This document shows positions 56,888-64,000 of a DNA stretch of 64,000 nt, piece after piece. Each line of letters opens with the position of its first letter. The first letter of the stretch is position 1. Origin of the DNA: a virus (Duplodnaviria > Caudoviricetes). The notes under the pieces are model-generated. The model was not told where the DNA came from. It saw nothing but the letters and a program-made list of their open reading frames with translations, and made no database searches. A program made the position numbers and the translations under genes. The stretch spans positions 20,959-84,958 of the IMG/VR virus record IMGVR_UViG_2847060657_000007, one strand, 5' to 3'.

Positions 56888-59261
56888 TATGAATTTATTT
56901 GTACGCATTGGGGCAATGGTGGACGGCAGTCTGTCTCGAGCCTTAAATGGGGTCAATAATGATTTAAATCGCCTTGACCGTACCGCCCAAGCTCTCACCG
57001 CAAGACAACAAAGACTGGGCGACATTATGGCTCGGTCTTTGTCTCGTCCACACGCTGACATTGGCAGATTGCAACAACAATATCAACGCACCACCAACGC
57101 TATTAACCAAGTTATCCAAGCCCAAGAACGCCTAAATCGTTCCATTGCTCGTGGGCAACAAATTGGACAACTCCAAGACACCAGCAAAAGCAATTTTACC
57201 AACAGCGTTGGTTCATTGACGGCTTTTGCTGTGCCTGTGGGGAATGCCATTCTGCAAGCGGTTAAATTCCAAGACCGCATTATTGACCTATCCATTACCG
57301 CCGAATGGACAGCCAAAGAACAGGCTCGGATTGGCGACACCGTGCGAGCCACCGCCCTACAATACAATCAAACCCTAGATGACATTGGCACAGAATTAAA
57401 CACCCTTGTCGCTGGGGGCATCTCGTCCGCCAAAGAAATTGAAAATTACACACCCAAACTGACCCAAACGGCGACCGCTTGGCGTGCATCCTTTGAGGAT
57501 TTGGGAAATACCACCGTTGCATTAAGAAATAACTTAGGCATAGGCGATGCAGGTTGGGACAGGGCAATGAATATGCTCGGTTACGCTGGTAAGGCAGGTC
57601 AGTTTGAAGTCAAAGATATGGCAAAATGGCTACCTAGCCTTACGCCTTATTATCAAGCATTGGGCGTGCAAGGCGAGCAAGCGGTTGCTGAGATTGGAGC
57701 AAGTTTGCAGATTGCCCGAAAAGGGGCTGGCACTTCGGACGAGGCAGCCAACAATATGCGAAACTTTCTGTCCAAGCTGACTGCCCCCGACACAATGAAA
57801 GACTTTGAGAAGGCGGGCATTGATTTACAAAAATCAATGCAAAACTTGGTTGCAAATGGTATGACCCCAATACAAGCGATGTTCTCCACCATTGAGCAAT
57901 ATGTTAGCACAAAGTCGCCTAAGGCTCTTGCTGAGTTTACCAAAGCAATGTCCATCAAAGATGACAAAGAACGACAAATGGCGGTGGATAGGCTCAACGA
58001 AACCTACAAATTAGGCGAGCTGTTCCAAGACCAACAAGCGATGAGCTTTATTCGCCCGATGATGGGCAATAAAGATGAGTTTGAACGCATTAAACAAGGC
58101 TCGCTAAATTCTGCTAACAGCAACGGCATTGGCAAAGACTACGATAAGCGAATGGGGTCGTCCGCCGAACAGCTCAAATCTTTTAAAATCCACATTACCG
58201 ACCTTGCGGTAACGATTGGCAATGCCCTGCTTCCTGCGGTCAATCAAACCCTAACCAGTATTAAACCAATGATAACCGCCTTTGGCAATTGGGCAAAACA
58301 AAATCCACAACTGGTTGCCAGCATTATCAAGATTGTGGGCGGTCTGCTCATTGCCAAAGTTGCCTTTTGGGGCATTAGTTTTGCAGTATTGTCGGTGGTT
58401 AAACCCATTATGACCGCCGTTACCCTGTTTAATCGTTTGCGTGCGGGGATTGCAATTTTGCGTGGAATGGCGGTGCTGGGTCGTTTTGCTCCGATGGCGA
58501 CTCGTTTTGCTTCTGCCATTCGTATGATTGGCACAGCGTTTACAGTACTTCGTACGGTGCTAATTGCAAACCCCATTGGGCTTGCGGTTGGGCTACTCAT
58601 TATGGGAGCGGTGCTGATTTATAGGCATTGGACACCCATTAAAGCCTTTTTTATGAATTTGTGGGCAAGCCTAAAAGCCTTTGCTAATAGCTGTGTATCA
58701 AATATTTTAAGAACCATTGCCAGCTTTTCGCCTTTGGGCTTGTTTATCCGAGCGTGGTCGGCGGTGTTTGGCTATTTTAAAGGGCTTGGGGCGAAGTTTG
58801 CAGGTTTTGGGCGAGACATTATTCAAGGGCTTATCAATGGCGTAACGGCTAAGTTTGGCGAATTAAAAGCCAAAATGAGTGCAATGGCAAGCTCTGTCGC
58901 TGGTGCGTTTAAAGGGGCGTTGGGTATCCGTTCTCCCAGCCGTGTGTTTATGGGTTTTGGGGCGAACATTGCCGAAGGCGTAGCAATCGGCATTGATGGT
59001 AAAACAAGCCAAGCCGTCAAGGCAAGTCAATCAATGGCAAATCGTCTCGCCCAAACCGAATATTCAAACAAAGTTTTGGCGAATACATCGGCTGGCGGTG
59101 GCGGTGCTAGTACCATTCATTTTAGCCCAACCATTCAAATCAACGGCAATGGGGGCAATGTGGCAAGCCAAGTACAACAAGGCTTGGCAATGGGCTACCG
59201 TGAATTTGTGGCGATGATGGAACGCTATGAAAAAGACCGTAACCGCAGGGCATTTGCCTAA
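56880..59261 (+). CDS. Tape measure protein
   Basis: 793 aa, helical; AGKAGQFEVKDMAKWLP, SPSRVFMGFG. Confidence 0.9.
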   Translation: MADMNLFVRIGAMVDGSLSRALNGVNNDLNRLDRTAQALTARQQRLGDIMARSLSRPHADIGRLQQQYQRTTNAINQVIQAQERLNRSIARGQQIGQLQDTSKSNFTNSVGSLTAFAVPVGNAILQAVKFQDRIIDLSITAEWTAKEQARIGDTVRATALQYNQTLDDIGTELNTLVAGGISSAKEIENYTPKLTQTATAWRASFEDLGNTTVALRNNLGIGDAGWDRAMNMLGYAGKAGQFEVKDMAKWLPSLTPYYQALGVQGEQAVAEIGASLQIARKGAGTSDEAANNMRNFLSKLTAPDTMKDFEKAGIDLQKSMQNLVANGMTPIQAMFSTIEQYVSTKSPKALAEFTKAMSIKDDKERQMAVDRLNETYKLGELFQDQQAMSFIRPMMGNKDEFERIKQGSLNSANSNGIGKDYDKRMGSSAEQLKSFKIHITDLAVTIGNALLPAVNQTLTSIKPMITAFGNWAKQNPQLVASIIKIVGGLLIAKVAFWGISFAVLSVVKPIMTAVTLFNRLRAGIAILRGMAVLGRFAPMATRFASAIRMIGTAFTVLRTVLIANPIGLAVGLLIMGAVLIYRHWTPIKAFFMNLWASLKAFANSCVSNILRTIASFSPLGLFIRAWSAVFGYFKGLGAKFAGFGRDIIQGLINGVTAKFGELKAKMSAMASSVAGAFKGALGIRSPSRVFMGFGANIAEGVAIGIDGKTSQAVKASQSMANRLAQTEYSNKVLANTSAGGGGASTIHFSPTIQINGNGGNVASQVQQGLAMGYREFVAMMERYEKDRNRRAFA

Positions 59262-59284
59262 TGAAACAGCAATGGGATTAAAAA

Positions 59285-60058
59285 ATGATAACCAATATTG
59301 GCTCAATTCAAATCAAAGACAGCAAACTTCTGCAAGGGGTCAATGCCCGATTTGCCTATGACTTTGCCAAGCACGACTTGGCAATTGGCAAACCTACCAA
59401 ACAAAGGCTTGGGGCAACGCTTACCGAGTGGCGACTGACCGTGCGTTTGCATTATCAATTTTGCGACCCTGCGACTGTTTTGGCACAGCTACAAACCGTG
59501 TTAAATAACGGCAATCCTGTGCCATTAGTTTTTGATTATTTAGACTATGTGGGCTATGTTACCCTTGATGATGTTGATGTAACTTTTGTGGAAGTGGCAA
59601 CAAGTGGTCGCCCCTTAATCATTGACGGCAATTTGACTTTGAGTGAATTTAGTGGCGATACTACCATTCGCCCCAAAGCTCCTGCGGTGCAAGATGTCAA
59701 GGCGGTGCAACAAAACCCAATTGCCACCGCCCAAACGCCTGACATTAACACGCTACTGCCGACCGAACAGCCCTTACAAAGTTTGGAACGAGCCTTAATC
59801 GCCCAAATGCGAGCAAGGGCGTTAGTAAGACAAGCGGTTGATGTGGGTAATGGCGATTTTACCAAAATCAATGACCTAACCCAAACAGCAAGCCTATTAT
59901 TTGGTGAGCTAAAAAAGAACGCCATTATCGGCACGCTACCACCCACCACCATTTCTGCTCATCAAGGCAATGTGGGGACGGTGCTAGACACATTAAATGG
60001 TGGCAAATCCGTCCTTGCCACACTCGCCAAACAGCGAATTTTAAGAAAGGTAGGTTAA
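59285..60058 (+). CDS. P2 gpU-like tail protein
   Basis: FAKHDLAIGKPTKQRLG...LHYQFCDP. Confidence 0.7.
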   Translation: MITNIGSIQIKDSKLLQGVNARFAYDFAKHDLAIGKPTKQRLGATLTEWRLTVRLHYQFCDPATVLAQLQTVLNNGNPVPLVFDYLDYVGYVTLDDVDVTFVEVATSGRPLIIDGNLTLSEFSGDTTIRPKAPAVQDVKAVQQNPIATAQTPDINTLLPTEQPLQSLERALIAQMRARALVRQAVDVGNGDFTKINDLTQTASLLFGELKKNAIIGTLPPTTISAHQGNVGTVLDTLNGGKSVLATLAKQRILRKVG

Positions 60059-60060
60059 TA

Positions 60061-60291
60061 ATGACAACCACCACTCAATACCTGCAACACCTTGCCACCG
60101 AAGGCGACCGCTGGGACACACTTGCCCATCAATATTATGCAGACGCTACCGATTATGAACGCATTATTGCCAGTAACCGCCATTTGCCGATTGAGGCGAC
60201 TTTGTCGGCTGGGCAAATTGTTTTTATTCCTATTATTGTCAAAGATACCAATGCCCACGCCGTTCCTGCGTGGTTGAGAGATGATGAATAA
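60061..60291 (+). CDS. Tail protein X (LysM-like)
   Basis: EGDRWDTLAHQYY...IIASN...VPAWLR. Confidence 0.85.
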   Translation: MTTTTQYLQHLATEGDRWDTLAHQYYADATDYERIIASNRHLPIEATLSAGQIVFIPIIVKDTNAHAVPAWLRDDE

Positions 60292-60306
60292 AGAGAAACA
60301 AAACAA

Positions 60307-60876
60307 ATGATTAAAACACCTGCCTTTACCCTGCTTTATAATAACAAATCCGCCACCGCCGACATTGCCAAAGACCTAATAGAAGCGGTGTTTACCGACC
60401 ATTTGACAGGTGAAGCGGACGAGCTGGACATTACCCTTGCTGACCCGGTAACGCCCAGAAGTTGTAATGCCAAACACTTTGACCCACCTGTCAAAGGCGA
60501 ACAAGTGGCAATCCTTTTGACCGATGATGGCGAGACGGCAATTTGTCTAGGCTCGGTGTTTAGTGATGTGGACAACGCTCCAGCAGACCGCCACCAATTC
60601 GCCAAAGTCTTTGATGACGGCACAGCGATTACTTATGACAATGACAGCCACACCTTGACCGTAAATGCCACAGGTACAATCAACATCATTTGCCAAAATG
60701 CCAACATTACTGCTGACAAAACCACGATTGACGGAGCGGTAGAAATTAACGGCGACACGACCATTAATGGCACGGCAACCATTAGCAAAGATGCCATCAT
60801 TGGAGGTAGGTCGTTTAAAACCCATAAGCACGGCGGTGTGCGTGGCGGTAATGGTTCTACCACGCCACCAATCTAA
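60307..60876 (+). pseudogene. In-frame fusion of gpD N-terminus and baseplate spike gpV C-terminus
   Basis: FTDHLTGEADELDITLAD (gpD) joined near 60444 to PPVKGEQV...FDDGTAITYD...FKTHKHGGV (gpV). Confidence 0.75.
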
Positions 60877-60937
60877 GCCCAAAATACCTTAAACCGCCAT
60901 AAAATCAAGAAACCCACAAACCTTTTATGATAGCGTT

Positions 60938-61321
60938 ATGAATATCAGCACCGAAACCAGCCCAATTTCCACCGCAAGCCATTGGCAACCGTCCTTAGAT
61001 GATGACGGCATTGTGATTGGCTTTGCCGATGTGGAGCAAGCCATTGCCATTATCTTGTCCACGCCAAAAGGGAGCGTGCCACACCGTCCAGAATTTGGCT
61101 GTGAAGGCTTGGGGCTTTTGGACGGACAATTTTCCAAAGTCGCTCCGCTGTTTATTGCTTACGCCACCGATGCGATTTTGGCAAATGAGCCACGAGTGCA
61201 ATCGGTCAAAATCCGTGCCAAGCAATATGACGAAACAAGAGTATTTGCAGGGGTGGTGTTTAATATCCAATGGACACCGATTGATAGCCTTGTGCCACAA
61301 AATATGACTTATAAGGTTTAG
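60938..61321 (+). CDS. Baseplate gpW/gp25-family protein
   Basis: IILSTPKGSVPHRPEFG, NEPRV. Confidence 0.88.
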   Translation: MNISTETSPISTASHWQPSLDDDGIVIGFADVEQAIAIILSTPKGSVPHRPEFGCEGLGLLDGQFSKVAPLFIAYATDAILANEPRVQSVKIRAKQYDETRVFAGVVFNIQWTPIDSLVPQNMTYKV

Positions 61322-61340
61322 TGATTTAAGGAAAAAAGCA

Positions 61341-62168
61341 ATGATAACTCGCCCCATTTTAGACAAACCGCATTTTATAGACCGTGATGTGGGTGCCATC
61401 ACAAGCGAGATTATTGCCTTGTATGAACAACTGGGCAACAAAAAACTCTACCCAGCCCAAGCTGACCGCCTGTTTATTGATGTGATTGCCTACCGTGAAA
61501 TGCTTATTCGCACCCAAATTCAACTGGCGTGCGAGCAGAACCTTTTGGCATTTGCCAGTGGGGTAATGTTAGATTATTTGGGCGACTTTTTTGGCGTGGT
61601 GCGTCTTGATGATGAAACGGATGAACAGCTGAGACAACGCATTCGCCTAGCCCCTGAAAGCTACGCCACCACAGGCTCACGCCAAGCCTACATTTACCAC
61701 GCCTTGTCTGCTGACAGCCGAATCATTGATGCGGATGCTTTGCGTGGCGGTAATGGCGACATCTATATTCATATCTTGACCGCTGACGGTGTGGTGTCTG
61801 ATGAGCTTATTCAAAAGGTGCTTGACAATACCAGCGATGAGAAAAAACGCCCCTTGTCCGACCGTGTGTTTGTGGCAGGGGCAAAGGCAAAAGACTTTCG
61901 CCTTGTGTTGGAAGTCTCGCCTTTGTCTTTGGCTGTGCCTGACAAAGTTTTGGCGGATAGCAAGGTGCGAGCCGAAAACTATACCAAAACCCTGCGAGCC
62001 AAACTGGGGCGAGATGTCGTCCCAAGTCAAATCATTGATGCAGTGTCCAGCACCGACATCTGGCAAGTCAAGGTTATAGAGCCAGCCGAGCCTATTATTT
62101 TACAAGCCTTTGAATGGGCAAACTGTACTGACATTCAAATTCAAATGGGGACAATTCAAAATGGCTAA
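61341..62168 (+). CDS. Baseplate gpJ-family protein
   Basis: ETDEQLRQRIRLAPESYATTGSRQAYIYHALS, RPLSDRV. Confidence 0.88.
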   Translation: MITRPILDKPHFIDRDVGAITSEIIALYEQLGNKKLYPAQADRLFIDVIAYREMLIRTQIQLACEQNLLAFASGVMLDYLGDFFGVVRLDDETDEQLRQRIRLAPESYATTGSRQAYIYHALSADSRIIDADALRGGNGDIYIHILTADGVVSDELIQKVLDNTSDEKKRPLSDRVFVAGAKAKDFRLVLEVSPLSLAVPDKVLADSKVRAENYTKTLRAKLGRDVVPSQIIDAVSSTDIWQVKVIEPAEPIILQAFEWANCTDIQIQMGTIQNG

Positions 62169-62766
62169 CTCTCATTTAAACGGCTTGGTTACTGATAGCG
62201 TGTTGCCAAGCCCTTTGCAAAATCAAAGGTTTTTGGTGCTTGAAAGTTTGTTAAAACGCTTGGATAGCTTACCGCCTTTTGCCTTAATAATGCTGATTGA
62301 TATTACCCCAAAGTCCGCTTTGACCGCTTTTGCCGACCAGTTTAGTTTGTTTGGGGACGGCTGGGAGTTTGCCCATTCTGATGACGAACAGCGAGAGCTT
62401 ATCAAGGGGACAATTCAAATCCACCGCCATAAAGGCACGCCGTGGGCTATCAAACGCACCCTTGCTTTGCTGGGGTTTGGCGATTGTGAATTGGAAGAAC
62501 GCTTTGGCTATTATACACACGACCGCACCATAAGCCACGACCGTACAAGGCACTATGGCTATGGCGGACATTGGACATATTACAGGCTGATTATGCAAAA
62601 GCCCATTAGTAAAGCTGATGCCGAAAACATTCGGGCGTTACTTGCTGATGTCGCTCCCTTGCGGTGTAAATTGGCTTCTATTCATCTTAAAAATCTTAAA
62701 CACGACCGCACCATCAATCACAATGGGGCTGTCCGCTACAACGGAGTAATCGCACAATGGCACTAA
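62161..62766 (+). CDS. Phage tail protein I
   Basis: RELIKGTIQIHRHKGTPWAIKR. Confidence 0.85.
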   Translation: MANSHLNGLVTDSVLPSPLQNQRFLVLESLLKRLDSLPPFALIMLIDITPKSALTAFADQFSLFGDGWEFAHSDDEQRELIKGTIQIHRHKGTPWAIKRTLALLGFGDCELEERFGYYTHDRTISHDRTRHYGYGGHWTYYRLIMQKPISKADAENIRALLADVAPLRCKLASIHLKNLKHDRTINHNGAVRYNGVIAQWH

Positions 62767-63511
62767 TCAAAGAAACCGATGAATGGGTAGAAAATATTTA
62801 CCTAATTGAACCTAACGACCCCGTAGAAGGGGGCGAAGATGGCGTAGATAACCGACCACATATTGAGCTTGCCAATCGTACGGCATTTTTGAACAAAAAA
62901 CGCCAAGAGCAAGAACAAAAAACCCAAGAAATTGACGAAAAATCAATGGCTTAACCACCAAAGTGGACGAGATACAAGTCACCATTCAAAATGGCGGTAA
63001 CAACCAATCATCGGGCGACCTTGACGAAAAGCTAGACCAAGAAATCAAAGACCGCACAGATGGCAATGCCGAATTACAAAAACAGATTGATGCGTTAAAA
63101 GAGCAGGTTGCAGAGATTGTTAAAAATAGCGGTCAAACTAATGGCGGTGCAAAAACGCCTGTTACTGCTTTTGACATTAACTTATCAACCCATTATTCTG
63201 ACAATGATACACCAAAAGCATGGGGAATGAGTGTGTCAGCACAGACAACCTTTGGTGGTTTTGTGCCTGTCGTTGATGGCACTCGTTCATTGGGAGCTTA
63301 TTATAATGCCACTGTTACTATCCCTGATTGGGTAACAGACAGCTCACAAGTTGTCATAACCATTACAAACAAAATTATAAATGATGCTGAAAATTACATC
63401 ACACTAGATATTCCTAATCACAGAATTAACATTAGACAAGCCCCAAAAGGTTTTCCACCAAATGAAACTGCACACCCAGCAGGGCGAGTGAATGTAACTT
63501 TTTATAGATAA
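62757..63511 (+). pseudogene. Tail fibre gene split by a 1-bp frameshift
   Basis: DPVEGGEDGVDNRPHIELANRT N-terminus; A6 instead of the A5 at 62938-62942 joins the two ORFs (DEK-INGLTTKVDEIQ). Confidence 0.75.
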
Positions 63512-63660
63512 AAACAGGGCAATGGCTTTCTGCTGGAACAGTCAGTCATTCCCCATTGATAGCCAGCGTTAAACCACCTATCGCAAGAGTACGCCCTGTC
63601 TGCTTGTACAAGCAGGGCATATCATACCACATTATGAAGTATTATTGCACTAGGTAAAAT

Positions 63661-63888
63661 ATGAAACCCCTAAACTGTCAAAACTGCAAGCGAGTTTTAT
63701 TGGAAATTGATGTTTTTAACCAGCTTGCCATAAAATGTCGCCGTTGCAGTCATTTTAATCATTTTGAGCGTGCCTTGCGTACCAATTTAGCAGACCTTGC
63801 GTCTCACAACCTGTTAAATATGGAGAAACCCAATGGCACAGCCAACCCCACAAATCAACCCCAAAGCCCCAGCCAAAAACGGCTTTAA
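63661..63888 (+). CDS. com: Com-family zinc-finger regulator
   Basis: CQNCKRVL...IKCRRC. Confidence 0.8.
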   Translation: MKPLNCQNCKRVLLEIDVFNQLAIKCRRCSHFNHFERALRTNLADLASHNLLNMEKPNGTANPTNQPQSPSQKRL

Positions 63889-64000
63889 CTACAAGCCCAA
63901 ATTTGGCTTAATCATCCAATGCGATGACGAACCCCACCAACAAGCCATCTTTGAACACCTTAAACAACTAGGCTACAAAGCTAAGGTGGTGGTTGTATGA
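63833..64000 (+). CDS. 55-aa small protein, coupled to a next gene beyond the window
   Basis: Manual translation MAQPTPQ...KFGLIIQCDDEPHQQAIFEHLKQLGYKAKVVVV; GGAG RBS; ends in ATGA. Confidence 0.6.
   Translation: MAQPTPQINPKAPAKNGFNYKPKFGLIIQCDDEPHQQAIFEHLKQLGYKAKVVVV

Larger units (their letters stand above)
49278..64000. mobile_element. Defective BcepMu/B3-type transposable prophage with P2-like tail genes
   Basis: Leftward mor-gemA-HU-DUF3164 block, rightward F-G-I-head-tail-com block; transposase, repressor, lysis, terminase and portal are absent. Confidence 0.85.

Noticed and set aside
53999-63511. Functional tailocin (R-type bacteriocin)
   Set aside because: Most of the sheath and gpD are deleted, the fibre is frameshifted and no lysis genes are present.

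Overview
AT-rich gammaproteobacterial chromosome segment, probably Moraxella or a close Moraxellaceae relative (inference from gene content, REP type and IS types). Five blocks. (1) 1-18.6 kb, minus strand: a type VI secretion effector island. It has three near-identical 2.7-kb promoter+vgrG cassettes, each with a different C-terminal tip and a different toxin/immunity pair (amidase; two VRR-NUC nucleases), plus an orphan GAD-like immunity gene and a lipase/lipoprotein pair. (2) 18.6-32.9 kb: a tRNA-Gly 3' att fragment, a stand-alone VgrG tip, a metallopeptidase effector with four tandem immunity paralogues, clpV, and a PAAR effector broken by nested IS481/IS30/IS630 elements. (3) 33.3-37.8 kb: a phage-satellite-like module. 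It contains an unexplained non-coding array of about 17 fixed-geometry 24-bp palindromes, a C4-like antisense RNA leader, a Mor-family activator, a Mu-I-like protease/scaffold and a coiled-coil protein. (4) 37.9-49.1 kb: Ro60/TROVE gene, an upstream 232-nt tmRNA-like tRNA mimic under a sigma54 promoter, divergent rtcR, decaying orphan immunity genes, IS1, and housekeeping genes (two TSUP, coaBC, DAACS symporter). (5) 49.3-64 kb: a defective BcepMu-type transposable prophage with P2-like tail genes, several fusion-creating deletions and a Panacea toxin-antitoxin pair. All family assignments are from motif recognition by eye; no database searches were run.
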